DNA from: Trypethelium eluteriae
Taxonomy: Eukaryota
DNA: 59,380 nucleotides
Assembly: GCA_051942245.1 (NCBI GenBank)
Contig: JAVECL010000079.1
Span: 1-59,380, forward strand
Reading direction: 5' to 3'
Numbering within the stretch: position 1 is the stretch's first letter; each line of letters begins with the position of its first letter. The notes below the pieces were generated by a model, which worked only from the letters and a program-made list of their open reading frames with translations, did no database searches and was not told where the DNA came from. Of the stretch, positions 1 to 12,982 are shown piece after piece. A program made the translations under genes and the position numbers.

Positions 1-1634
1 GGTTTGGCGTCTTTTTTGGAGGAGGCGGTGGTGTCGGTGTCGAGTTTGGGGAGGGAGGTAGAGGCGGGTTTTTTCGGCGAGGCGGCTGGTGGAGCGAGGG
101 GGACTTGGGTGGTCGTGGTTGTGGTTGTGGTCTCTGGTGGCGGATAAGGAGCGATGGGAACAGGCCCGTTGATCTTAATGCGTTTGGTCCCTGTTGATTG
201 CGTCTTGGTGGATGGTGCTGAAGAATCGGTTTGGGTCTCGGGCTTGGTGTCGGCGAGAGGGCTCTCCCTCTTTCGCTTCTTGAGAGGTCTTTCAGGAGCT
301 GGTGCGGTAGTCTCCTCACCATCATCGGCAGTGGCATCAGCCGGCTTTGCAGGGAGAATTGCCCTCACAGCCTTGCCCAAGTCTGGAGCCTTTCCTGCGA
401 CATCATCTATCCCTTGGGCTTCCCTAGCTGCCTGTTCTTTAGCTAGTGTTTCTTTCTTCAGTTTCTTCGCCTCATTTAATTTCATACCCCTATTACTTAA
501 CGTCATGTCCTGTGCTCCAATCGGAACGAAGCTGATTTCACCAGGCTGCAGGGGCTTACTAGGATCCATTGGTTCTTCGTCTAAGAATATCTCCCCAGTT
601 GCTTCAGAATGCGCTTTCGCCTTGTCATAGTTTTCTTTCCCTCGCCCCAAGTCAGCCAGCTCACGACGAACCATAGTATCGCTCGGAGTCCAGATGGCGT
701 TTTTCTTCATTCTTTTCCGTAGTTTCGCCATCTCGTATTCTGTGAGTCTATTCCATGGCATATACCTACTTCCTGGTCTCGCATCAGTCGGAGGGGGATC
801 AAGTTTTGCAAGGGCGTTGCTGGTGGAGATGCCCGCAACTTGGCTATGCACATTTGTACCCATAACCCCCGGGGGTCGTTGCCTGGCTAGTGCCGCTAGC
901 TTGAGCTTGTGTTTAGGGGGCTTCGGAACTTTGACGCGTCCCGGCTTCCCTCCGCGCTGCGATTGTGTCGGCTCATCGAAACTCCCTGATCTGATATCGT
1001 TTGGTGAAGCTGGAGGCTCGGATTCATATTCTGAGGCCGTACTCGGAGGCGGAGAATCTGGATTTGGTGGAGGTAAAACCTCTCCAGGAACTGTCACCTT
1101 GCGACTTCTCTTTAGCTGTCCAGCTGATGCGCCAGTACGGGAAGCGCCCAGATGCAATGTAATGCGCGTACGGTCCGCGTCTTGTTTCCTAGCGCGACTT
1201 ATTTGAGGGGATGGTACTGGAACTGGAGTTGGATCGCGCGATGGTGGCCTTGGAAGCGCCTCAAGCTTTTTCTTAATGCTGACCAAACGGTTACAATGCC
1301 GATCAGCAACGTCGTAGATTCTCGAGGCTTCGGCAAAAGTTGCTTCACGTGACCGAATGGCACGATCGAGGGCTTGTGAGATTTGCTTGCGAAGTTCCGG
1401 CGGCGATGGGCGGTCGTCTCTGGGGAGGGATGGCAGAGCGCCATATGATTTGGTCAGATCGTGAATTTCGGAGGTTGAGTCTAGATATGTGGCGTCGAGC
1501 TTGCCAATTAAGGTGAGAGACCTGAACAGGTCGGAGGGAAAGAACTCGGTGTAGTCGATGAAGTCTGAAACCGTTGCGGCAGCGTCAGGATCCGGTGGAA
1601 CTTGCTGTGGCATATCTTGAAGAGCCTCCGCCAT
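1..1634 (-). CDS. ING-family chromatin protein (N-terminal ING domain; C-terminal PHD finger expected beyond the window), 3'-partial
   Basis: Missing from the ORF track because it runs off the window. Manual translation from ATG at 1634 gives MAEALQDMPQQVPPDPDAAATVSDFIDYTEFFPSDLFRSLTLIGKLD..., later KLRKRMKKNAIWTPSDTMVRRELADLGRG; both motifs are recognised from Pezizomycotina ING/PHD proteins. The frame is open to position 1. Confidence 0.8.
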   Translation of the reverse strand, partial: MAEALQDMPQQVPPDPDAAATVSDFIDYTEFFPSDLFRSLTLIGKLDATYLDSTSEIHDLTKSYGALPSLPRDDRPSPPELRKQISQALDRAIRSREATFAEASRIYDVADRHCNRLVSIKKKLEALPRPPSRDPTPVPVPSPQISRARKQDADRTRITLHLGASRTGASAGQLKRSRKVTVPGEVLPPPNPDSPPPSTASEYESEPPASPNDIRSGSFDEPTQSQRGGKPGRVKVPKPPKHKLKLAALARQRPPGVMGTNVHSQVAGISTSNALAKLDPPPTDARPGSRYMPWNRLTEYEMAKLRKRMKKNAIWTPSDTMVRRELADLGRGKENYDKAKAHSEATGEIFLDEEPMDPSKPLQPGEISFVPIGAQDMTLSNRGMKLNEAKKLKKETLAKEQAAREAQGIDDVAGKAPDLGKAVRAILPAKPADATADDGEETTAPAPERPLKKRKRESPLADTKPETQTDSSAPSTKTQSTGTKRIKINGPVPIAPYPPPETTTTTTTTQVPLAPPAASPKKPASTSLPKLDTDTTASSKKDAK

Positions 1635-3236
1635 TTTGACGACCAGTCCAAATTTTGCGGGGTCCAGGATGTGTGAAAGCCGTCCCCTCGTCGTGATTAG
1701 CTCTTGCTACAACGAATCTGGGCGTCGACTGCGCAAGACAGGAGAAGCCAGAAAATGAAATGATTTGCTTATTGATATTGTTGACATCGGGGAATATTCG
1801 CTCGAGACCAGAAAGCAGCAAGAAGGAGAGAAAAGTTGTGCTAAGGCTAAGCCTGTAGCAAGCTGCACATAGCTTGGCGCGTGAAGTTGGGTTCGACGCG
1901 CCGTGTGGAAGCCTGATGGGGGATCCTTCCGCTCCGCTCATCCGCTCACCCGCCCATCTACCCTGTTATCCGTGCGCCACATAACTCGAATCAACTTCTA
2001 CAGGCCGATTCCAGCTTTCAGCACGAATAACTCAGCCTACAAAGCTGTAAATCAACATCACGACTCGGCGTTCGGTAGCACTAGGCTATTGGATTCTGGC
2101 GCTACCACAATTCTTGAAAAATATGAAGGATTCGTGGAGAAAAGTGGGGGCTTTAGCCTAGCCTCCATACAAAATCCCGGTTTCAAGGGTGATTTCAGAC
2201 TTTCGAACTTTCGTAATTTCATCAAAAATTTCTTTTCGAATTATTCAATTGTTTCTGGACCTTCCGAAAGCTCCTACGTTGGAGATTTTACCTTCGCATT
2301 ATTACACTGATTAGACGTTGTGTCGTTGGGTTATTCCCGCCGAAAGAGCGAAAAAGACTGAATCTGTACGGCATCATGCCGGATGAGGTGAAATTTCTAT
2401 GTGCAAGGCACAGACATGCACCAAAATAACAATGTTGGAATTTCGATAAGATTTGGACATTGTCGGAAAGGGTATAGAAGCCATATTCTGCCTTCGCGAC
2501 ATGAGGGGCAGAGAAATGGAAATGGTGGAGGTATGGGCAGTGAAGGTTAGTAAGGGGTTTGGGGGCAGGTTTGAAAGCGGAGAGCGGGTGCACTTGATTT
2601 TGACATATATTGTAAGGCAGTGTTGACCATTCCTTTTGGTCAAGTGCTTCTCAGTGCGACCTGCTACTCACACCGAGTCATAGATGATCTCTAAGGTGCA
2701 CATACTTCAAGAGTGAAACTGGATACAGTGTCAAGCACTTGGTTCGGTATTGCGGCTTACTAAAGCCACTATCTAGCTATCAATAATAATGTGTTCAACG
2801 CACATCCCTGTGGTATCTGTATAGGACAATGGTTTTGGACCCACCCTCCAACGAAGGGTGACGCCCAAAAAGCATCCAAAGCTCTCATTTTAGCTCCTGG
2901 CTCAAAGAAGAAAAGAGAGATTGATGCAAAGTCGTGCGCAGCAGTCAACTGAAACTCCCAGTATTTCCCTGGCGACTCAAACTGAATTACACCTGTAAGT
3001 CAGTATAGTATCTGCGAATCAAGTTGGCCACCAAACGCCCCCAACGCTAGAAGAACAAGACTCGAAGAGACAATAAGGAAAGTCGTGGGTATTGAGGTAT
3101 TTATGACGGTGAAATGAATTATGCAAATATCGCATGGAGAGAAAGGAATCGTAGTAAGTGCGAAAAGACCAAATGCCCACTACCGACGTGTAAAAAATAA
3201 GACAAGAATAAATGTCGAGTCCTGTGGCTGTATGCA

Positions 3237-5066
3237 TCACATTACGATACAGCAGGCACATCCCCCTTTCTTCTTTTCTTCTTTCTCTTCTGGAGGATCG
3301 GGAAGTCGTATTACTTCAGGAGGTCTTGGTTGTCTTGTATTCTCCGGGCTCGCTATCACTGGACGCTGCTGAGCACGAGGAGATGCAAGTGGGCTCTGCA
3401 CAGTCGGCGTGATCTTGTAGCCACCGTGTTCTGTTCCGCTCGTGCTTGGCCTGTGGTTCGCGAGCTCCGTGTCCAACTTAGCGGGCGCAAGCGGCCATGT
3501 ACCGCCAGAGCCATCGTCCTGCTTCTCCTCTACATTTTCTTCCAATTGCGCCTCATCCTGAGCTTCTTCATCTGGCACCTCCGGGCTGGGGGTTTTGGGC
3601 GGTGGAAATTGGTGCGGAGCTACGAGCCCGAAGTCTTTGTCGTATACTGCTCCTGTTTTTCCTTCCTTTTCCCACTGCTCTTGCATCATACGTTTCGCGT
3701 GGGTTGGGAGGATCTGCTGGTCTTGTGGAAGTCGTGGGTCAGGTTTATACATTGTAGCGATCCAAGGTGCTTCTCCCTCGGGTCGATTATGACTTGTTGA
3801 GGGACGAGCTGGTGTCCCTGAAGAAGACACGGGTCGTTTTGAGGGTGATTCGCGGTTGGGCCCAGAGCCTACCCGCGGTGCTTTCTTTTGGGGTGCAGAC
3901 GCTGTGCGACTGCTCGCGTTTTTGCGAGCCCCTGATGTAGGTGTCGCCTTGTTGGGCACTTTTGCCTTGGTAGGAGAGGAACGAACCGGCGAGGCTGGAG
4001 TGCTTGAAGTATCGTTCTCGTCGAGTTGCTTCTTTGAAACTCCGAACTCGTCAAGCATGATCTGACTTGCTCCACTCTGACTTCTCCCTCTTATTTTGCT
4101 CAAAGCGATGCTGTCCTCCAAAGTGTTACCCAGACTATTGGCGCGGCTTCGTGGCAGTGGAGAGTCTCTTTCAATAAAGCTCGAAGGTAATGGAGTTGGA
4201 CTTTTCTTTGCTAAGGGGATACGGGAAGTACCTGGTCGAGTGGTAGGTGTTTCCCGATTATGGAAGAAATGTGGCTGCTCTGGGGCAATCTCTTCAGAGG
4301 TTTGGTATGTATCATCGGGTTGCTCATCCTTCTCTTCTAAGTCTTCCTCTGCGGATGGCAAGCGTCTGAGCTGCTCTTTTAAAGGTCCGCGCTCTGGTGA
4401 GGGTTCCCCATAGCCGTTTCCAAATTGCGAGTCATTTCCTCGCCCTTGTCTGCTAGTTGATCTACTGTTCGAGCGACTTCCAGATGTGCGTTGCCCAAAT
4501 AGCAATCCTGCCTCTTCGAGCTCTCGACTTTCTATCTTAGCAAGCTTATCCCGATGTATCCATCCCGAGTTGTCCGAGTCCTCATAGTCGTTCTGCTCGG
4601 CCAGCGAGTGTTTTCTGCTATTATATCCACTAGCGATACCGGCTCGAGTCTCGGAGTTCCCCTTATAGTAATCCAGAAAACTGTCACCATCGCTCGTCCC
4701 GCTGATATCACTATTCATCCTTCCCAGCATCTGTCTTGGCGCCAGATGACTGCCAGAGTCCTTGGCACTATTCCACTTGTCGCTGTCGTCATTTCGCCAT
4801 ATTTGGGACTTCAAATTTCCGTTCGGATGAGCACCTAAGGGTTTGCGGACGGTATTGTCAGAATGTCGCGGTTCCTCTTCATACGCGTAGTTCTTCTGGT
4901 TGCCGAAATTATAATTCTGCACAAGGAATCAGCAATTGCCAAGTAAAGACAAAGACTTTAACATCAAATTTCCCATTGAGAAGATATCAAATGGAAATAA
5001 GTGTCATATTACACACACCTCGCCATTGACCGGCACGGCGTATTCCCATCTACGAGTAGATGCCAT
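3237..5066 (-). CDS. teaR: Prenylated cell-end marker receptor TeaR (Mod5-like); join(5066..5019,4916..3237)
   Basis: Motifs WIHRDKLAKIESREL and PWIATMYKPDPRLPQDQQILPTHAKRM, and a C-terminal CAAX (GGCACCIVM). Exon 1 MASTRRWEYAVPVNGE is followed by a phase-0 intron GTGTGT...GCTGAT...CAG (5018..4917). Confidence 0.85.
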
Positions 5067-6286
5067 GGTTGTAGCGTCAGAGAGCCGATGGCAACGAATT
5101 TGGTACGGTCACTCGGCTTTCCCCGCTTTTCACTGTGTTGCCAGAGATAGTCCGGGGAACCAGTGGCCTGGAAGAGAGTGGAGGTTTTGGGGGCAACAAA
5201 ATGCAGCAACTGGAGCGACCCGAGTTGCGATACGTTGGGAACCAATGCCACGAGACTTCCTGACAACGCAAGAGGGTTTTTTATCCTACCGCAGCATGGC
5301 AGATATTGGCGTTCTTGCAACTGAAGGTTCCTGTACTCTTCGCGATCTGCGGGCATCAAACTGGGTGGGAATGGCGTATGTGGAGAAGCGTCAACAGCGT
5401 ACGCATCGGACGAGTATTCTGGGCTGCGTCGCGAAGACGATTTGATGGTTGCGAAAAATTTCCGAAAGGAGCGACGATATATGTGATTGCAATGTACACA
5501 GCACGATCAGGAGCAGGCTCCAATCGCGACGCTGCTTGGATCTCAAGCGCGTGCTCTCAGGTTAGGGGAGAGGGGGGTGGTCCGTAGTTCTTGGAAGTGG
5601 ATTGAGTTGAAGGGCTCCGATTGGCTGTCTTCTGCTACAAGATCCATTGCCAGCCACATGGTCCAAGTTCGTGCCGTTGCATCAGACAAGTTCCCAAACA
5701 AGTCTAATGATTGGCGCCACACCGTTCGTACCAGCCATGCGGTACTTGGCAATCAAGCGTTCGCCATGTTCGCATGCTCTGCTCTCAAAATATTTAGTCT
5801 TAAGAGATGGAATCACTGGATCCAGCGATCATAATCCATCTAGAACATATGATGGCCCACATCTGCACCACTAGGGAACTTTACTCTATTCTGTTAGATA
5901 CCTCTATATAGTCAAAGACGGGTAGTCAATTTAATCTCATTACTTTTGCATCTCAGCCGCCCAAGATGCAAGGCCTATGGACAGTGGAGGTGACCGAAAC
6001 TTTCGTTGAAGCCTCCCGGTCTACCGTGTGCATACGGAGTTAAATTAGGACTGTCATATTCCGTTACTGGCTCTTATAAGGATATCTTGCTCCTTGCTCT
6101 CTTCTTCATTGTGCTCCCGCTAATCTTTGTTCGACGGCTAAGGTAGTGTTCCTCACTGGGGTTGGCCCGAATCTGTAGAGGTCAAAATATCGGCCGCAGT
6201 GTGCTGACCGAAGCCGCGACGTCACCGTTCTTCCTGCTCTAGTTGTATAAACAAAACCCGCCGAACACCCTCTTCGCCATGGCCCA

Positions 6287-8454
6287 ATGGCGGATTCTCT
6301 TTCGCCGACCCAAGCCCAAGCGCTTTTTGATATCTTGACCCATCATGAGACCTACCGCGAAATCCAGGCCTTTGAATATCCTGACGCCATCTCCACTTAT
6401 GGCCCTCCTTTTCAGACTGATGATGCTACCGTCTCAACCTCTCCTCTCCTTCAAGGCCTCCTCTCTCGATTCGTCTTGACACTACCAGGGCTGAAGAATG
6501 TATCGTCGGGTTTCTGGGACTACAGATGCCTTGAGTTGCTCAAGGAGTTCGCGGTGGTGGAGTTAAGCCAAAGCTATGATCGTGGGATCTTGAGTCTACG
6601 GAAGACGCTGGCCACGGCATGCTCTGCCATCATTGAATTCCTTGGAAGAGGAGTCTTCGGTGGTCTTTCAAAACAGGAAGAGAAGCAAAAGCGAGATCGC
6701 TATGACGCTTCAAACCCCGAAGACAGCATTGATGCGTGGAATGACTTCTTGCAACGAATTGTTTACGATGACATGATTGATGAACTCTTCGATAAAGCAA
6801 AAGAAACGGATAAACTAGAGGATCATTCATTGTTGGTACAGGCTGCGCATGAATATCTAGTCGTTAGGTATGAGATTTTCTAATGAGTCTACGACCGACT
6901 GCTGACGGAGAAGTCAGCCTAGCATCGTTCGCTCATTATATACTAGTCCTCAATCCTGAAGGTCAATCACTTCTGACGGTGGTCGAGAATATCCATAAAC
7001 TGGTACCGTACACCATTATGAGATCAACACTGAGGGTTGGCAATGTCGCTACAATGATAAGTGGAATGATGAAATTACTTTTGGCCAAGATGAGTGTTGG
7101 TAGTCTCACAAATTGGATCGGGTGGAGTGCTGGTGCTGACGAAGGGATGAATCTGCTGCAAACGTAAGTTCTGAAGTGTTTGGACTTGTCAACATTCAGA
7201 GCTCATGCTCACGTCGAAACAGTATCATCTCCCAAGTCATCAGCTGGGATGTAAAGGCCCTGAAAGCGAGAGCCACAAAACTTGAAAGATCCAAGGATGC
7301 ACCGAGCAAAGAGCAGTTTGACGCCCTGAAGGAATACTTGTCAAGGAGTCGAGAAGAGCGCGAACAGTCCCGAGAACAGAGCCGTAAGTCTTGCGTTGTG
7401 CTCTTTTTGTGCGTTTGGTAAATAACTAGCCATAGGGCAACAACCTCTACCTTTGGTCAGCCTTATCCTTGCCACTTCGACAGCTTCAGTAGAGCTATCC
7501 GAAGAGCAAGAGAAGATAGCCTTGGAATATGTCAACATTCAGTTCGCAATACACGACCGGGAAGCAATCGCAAATGTACTTTGCCATCACCAGCCAGATC
7601 ACCTGACCCAAGCTATCCGCGACTGTGTCTCCGCCTACGAGCCAGTGATTCGTCATATCCACAACGCCGCTGATCTGAGCGGCACCTTGAGCGATTTTGA
7701 GGCCTTTCTCACCGATCTGATCAAGCTCACTAAAGGCAACTCAAATTCTGATGCCTCTAAACAGGACGCTGAATCTTTTTCGCCAAGTGTAGAAGACTAT
7801 ACCAACCTGATTAAAAAGCACATCAAGTCCACGCACAAATTTCTCCACCAAGTCGCCAAGAACGGTCCGGAGATCACGAAATGGTACCACGACTACGTCC
7901 GCACTGCAGCCTCTCAATTCCACATCAGCGGTCCTGCCCCCACCCACAACACCCATCCCGCCGCCGGCACCATGACCCCCGTCTTGCAATCCCTCATCTC
8001 CAGCCTCTCGGACGCGGACCGCGCCGCCGTCCTCCCCGAACTCGACGCCCACGCCACCTACCTCGCAGCGCTCGCCTCCTCCTCCAACTCGCGCTTCTCG
8101 GCCGTCGTCGCCAACGACTCGGCGACCTCGTTCGGGCCCGGCACGTACCTCGCGCGCTGGCAGGCGCTGCTCGACGCGACGCCCATCACGCCGGTGACGA
8201 ACAACGGGAAAGTCCGGTATGGCCGCGACCTCGAGGTCAAGGAGGCGAGTAAGGTGTATGAGGCGATGAAGGCGTCGGGCCAGGGGAAGGTGGGGAATGA
8301 GGAGAAGGAGAGGAGGACGGTGCAGAGGACGGATGGGGCGGTGAGGCGCGGGCAGCCGGAGATGCCGGGGGTGGGGAGGACGGTGGAGTTGTTGGGTGCG
8401 AAGTTTAGGGATGTGTTAGCGGGGATGGGGAGGAGGGAGGTGGATGTCGATTGA
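6287..8454 (+). CDS. PX-associated (PXB)/DUF3818-type protein; join(6287..6867,6918..7163,7223..7383,7436..8454)
   Basis: Four consecutive ORFs joined by GT-AG introns with branch sites. N-terminus LSPTQAQALFDILTHHETYREI...YGPPF is typical of this fungal family. Confidence 0.75.
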
Positions 8455-10120
8455 TTAGGGTGTAAAAACGCCGATGTGGCTCGGAAGCATCTTGTGGCTG
8501 ACTTGGGCTCATGGCGTCAGGCGGGGAAGTTGGGGGGAATTTTCTTCTGTGCTGCTTCGATGTGAGGTATTCAATTGAATGACTTGAGGTGCCTAAGCTA
8601 CGATGGTAACATGTGATGGGGTTATCCAAGGTCTCAGACAAGATCTTTCGGACTTGTGATCGGCGGGAGCAGGTCGCATGGGAAGGATTCCATGTCCCTT
8701 AAATCTCAAAGGCTAGGGAAGTAGCCGAAATTTCTGCTGGGCACCTCCTGGGTAATATAAAGCAGCGATGGGACTGTTGTATCACACCGAGGTACTTTAG
8801 TAGCTCTTTTCTGGTTCTCTTGCTTTCCTTCCCTTCTAAATCATTTAGATCCTCAGTCAAAGCCAAGTTCAGGGGATTTTTACTGAGGGAGCCCTAAAAA
8901 ATGTGGTAGTCCAGATGTTGGCCATTTGTTTTATCGTTGACCCTCTTACGCGTCTGATTGGTGATACGAGTTCTCCAGACCTAGCAATTTCTCCAAACCT
9001 ACATGCCGCTACGAGATTAGATTTGCTTGTCAATATCTTGTCTACGCATACATCCGACCGGTCATGTAAGAGTCTATCGAAGAATATACGCTGTCCAAGC
9101 GCAGTAGCTGAAGGACAGAATGACTTTGTGAGTGGAGTCAAGACGGGAAGTCAGATGCTCTTGTCAGAGATTTTTTGCTCATTAAGCCTCAGACTGGCAC
9201 TCATTCTGATTAGGATACTGGTGATACCAATCATGACTAGAATTATTCATATGAAGTGACGACCGATTAAGGTTAGGGCTGGTCGCCCATCCCATGCGCG
9301 GCTGTGCAACTTCAGACAAGGGTCAACCGTCAAGTTAGAAGCAACCAAAATTTGCTCCGAAGGGCGGTTGCGGCCTCGATTGACACTTGGGATACAGCAG
9401 CCGACAGGAATTCGGCTGACCTATCCCATTGGCTTCAATTTCCGCCGTATGTCTGCCTTTGCAGGCCGTCTTAGTAGCTGGATCGTTGTGAAACACCACT
9501 CGAGTTGCTGGCTTGCTCAGCCGCCCCCAATTGGTCTTTTCTGACCGGTGAAATAGTGTCCTCAGCCGCGACTATACCGGTTGGATAATCCTAAAATATC
9601 ACTTTAAAATCGATCTAACGCTGGGATTGGCTCGTTGAAGCGCAAAACTCTATCCTCTCCGCCCTTTGCTCTCGTTAAGTATGGGGCCGACGTTCTCCGT
9701 CTGCGATAAGGCAAATAGGTCTCGCCCTTAGTGAGAACGCCGACCTGATTCTATTGGTGCAGGTCATTGCTAGGCCTTTGTTGGCCCCAAAATGGAGCAA
9801 GTTGATTCATGGTCATCGTCTCGGCCAGATGTTGCCCGTGCCTTCATCAGGCGAGTTTTGATGGTCGAGATTTGAAGATGTACAGTGTTGGCGGTATACC
9901 TGAAAACAAGCTCACCGGAGTGTCAAGGTAGATAAACATAGAAGAAGCTTACAATTAGGTGCCATCTCTTATTCCTATATATTCTCCTTCTCAGGATTCA
10001 TTACACCGGTTTCCTCTGCGTTGTACACTCTCTACATGCTCCTTTTTGTCCTCCTCATACCTTTCGTTACATTTTTTTTGTATTGGAGGCGTTGGAGACT
10101 GTCAACAGCCAACAAACAAT

Positions 10121-11985
10121 ATGAGCCATCATCCAGGAGACGGGCGTATACAGCTCTTTGCAAGCCCTCTGGCGGAACGAGAGGAGCAATCCTCAGATTA
10201 CCCAGTCGGAAAGAATGCAGTTGTTCGAGAGAGGGAGTCAAGCACAAGCACGCCCCCTTCACCACCAGAGCATCTCCCATATCTGAACCACGATGAATCG
10301 CTCCATGCGAATCCAGCCTTTCGGCGGCATGCAGAAGGTAATCCTAATCTGATGCGCAACTCACCAGTCCGTACTCACTTTTCCTCTAGCTACCGCTGCG
10401 GAACTCTTCTTCGACCTTTTCTTCGTGGCCAATCTGACGACTTTTACCCACGTCCATGAGATCAATACCTCAGCGTCTCTCAAATCCTACGTCGGCTTCT
10501 TCAGCATCTTGTGGTTTACGTGGTATCAAGTGTCTCTTCATGACCTTCGATTCTCCGTTGATAGCATTTTTGAGCGAATCTGCAAAGGCCTGCATTTTGG
10601 CTTCATGGTCGGTTTTGCGGTTGCCGGAACCAACTTCAAGCCTGAAGATGAATTGGACAACTACGAATATTTTCAAGACCTGTCTTTACTGCTTATGGCA
10701 TCCAGGTTTGTTCTCGTGTTTCAGTACGCGGCCGCGCTCTACTTCACACACCACTACCATCGCGTTAGAGTGCCTCTCGCCATGATGATTCTCAACTATG
10801 TTGTTGCTGCGTTTGCATATCTCGGCCTCTATTTCGCCTTCAAGTCCGGTAGTACTGGCCCGCATGCATACATCGGATGGTACGTCATTGCGGGGGCTGA
10901 AACGATTTTTACAACAGTCATTTCCTCTATCTGGCGTCTTGTCAGCTTCAAAGGCACTCATATGCTGCAACGCATGTCCCTCCTTACCCTGATCATCCTC
11001 GGCGAGGGTGTTATCGGCCTGACCGGATCCATCACTCGCATTGTCCAAAACTATAACACTTTCACGTCGTCGGTGATTGGCGACATTGTTGCTGCGATTC
11101 TGGTCATCTACTTCATCTTCCTCATCTACTTCCACCGTATGCAGGAACATCATATTGGCACCTTCCGCCAGCAGCTTTGGTCCTTTTTACATTTTCCCTT
11201 CCATGTCGCGCTTGTGCTCGCCCTTGAGGGTAGCCAACAGTTCACCCTTTGGCGGGAAGGCGTTCAGCTCGTGGTGGACCTGACCGACCAGTTCAACGAT
11301 GCCGTTGCACCTCTCGACATCTCACAGCCACTGTCTGCGGAAGATTACCAAAATATAACCGAGGCAATCAACAACGTTGGAAACTACACCTTCTATTACG
11401 CCCCAATCGGCCTCGATATCACAACATACCAGGATAACTTCGAGAATCTCTTAAACATGTTCAACAGCACTTCCCAGGGGATCGCGGAACAAACGAGCAA
11501 TGCGACAGATAAGCTTGTCAATATTGCATCCAATATCTTGGTTGTCCTATCAGATGCTGTCTTTGCGCAAATTGGTATTGCAGTGGACGAGGAAGACAAT
11601 AGTGAAGAGAATCCGGACGAGCTAGAGGACAACGTGAGCGTGCCGCAATGGGCCAACTTGTTCTTACTTGTCTACATGTACACATTTATCACCTCAGGTT
11701 TGGTACTGATGTTGATCGGCGCCCTCGGCTTGGTCAGTCATACCCCTAAGACGGTCGGAGGCTATGTTCGGGCTGCGATCACGTTTGCTGTTGGCCTTGG
11801 GGTCACGCTCCTCAGTACCATGGTTTTGTCGGATAACAACATTGCGAATTACGTTACAAGTGCTTGGATGCTGCCGACCCTCACGTTTGCATACTTCATA
11901 GGTAAGCTGATTATCTCCTCAAGAAATGAGCTCAGAGAACTCACGAGCAACAGTCGTCATTACCGACAACATTAGAAGACAATGA
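10121..11985 (+). CDS. LtrA-like (low temperature requirement A) multi-pass membrane protein; join(10121..10337,10390..11901,11954..11985)
   Basis: After splicing, RRHAEATAAELFFDLFFVANLTTFT and RMSLLTLIILGEGVI motifs appear, plus many hydrophobic helices. Confidence 0.8.
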
Positions 11986-12982
11986 AACACCGCGGGAATA
12001 ACTCTCAACGGGTTCTATCTTCTTATTCTAAGTTCAGATTCCATAAATTCACTTCCGATTGGCACTTCACCCGGCGTCTTTTCATTACGTGGTAGCCATT
12101 AAAGCAGTCAGGGCCATCACTATCGATCCAGGTCTTCTTGCAAGCATGGCGTTGCGGTGGTGCGCGGGATCATCTTAGGAATTCTTCGCGTTTGTCCTCA
12201 TGACGAGAGACATAATATCATATGTCTTTTTCTGCCGTTTTATATATATAAGAGAACTGGCAATGGAAGAATCTTGTAGATTCTTGCACTAAAACTGGAA
12301 GTGGTCTTGGTGTTATAAGAATAACCGTTCGATCTTTAAGACACGTTATTGCCTCTAGTCGCCGGAACACATTCTGACCTCTGCTAGGTGTGAAGTAGAA
12401 GGGCTTCCCCTTTGAATCCTGTATGCTCCATGCGATCCTAGAAAGCATTCTACCAAAACATCCTATATTCTAAGCGTGGAACCTCCGCCAACTGTTAAGT
12501 CATTTTGCAATTGGTTGGAATTTTCTTCGTGCAGTTGCTTCTAGGTGACCTTGAGTACTAAGAGGCCTCGCCAATTGATTAAAGAACGAAGGACGTAGGT
12601 TGCGGTTAGTATGTGGTGGTTATATTGTCCTTAATAGGTCTGAGGGCCTCACTAACGAAAATTTCGGTTGCCTCCCTTGCCTCTCATCTTGAGAAGGGTT
12701 AGACTAGATGTATCGGACTCTGACGCCTAGGAAAGTGGGAGAAATTGTTGAGAGGGGGTGGATTCTGCACCTATCGTTGTCAATATTGAGTTGCCGCTGG
12801 TAGCTTTTCCTGTACGGAGTACAGAACCATGATACTGTTTTACCAGAGCCCTAAGGAGATGGATATTTGTAATCCCTGTAATCTCAACTAGACTCATGGG
12901 AACAATGAGTTGTTACGAATGCAGTCAAATATTAATTGTAGTGCTTTTCATGAAGTATGTACAAAGTCTGAACCCGCTTAGT

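Noticed and set aside
154..1444. ORF-track entries 154..630, 694..1206 and 1199..1444
   Set aside because: Antisense or off-frame shadows of the ING-family CDS, which is open from 1634 to the window edge.
9268..9280. GGTTAGGG as a telomere seed or telomerase RNA template
   Set aside because: A single short match with no supporting repeat or structure.
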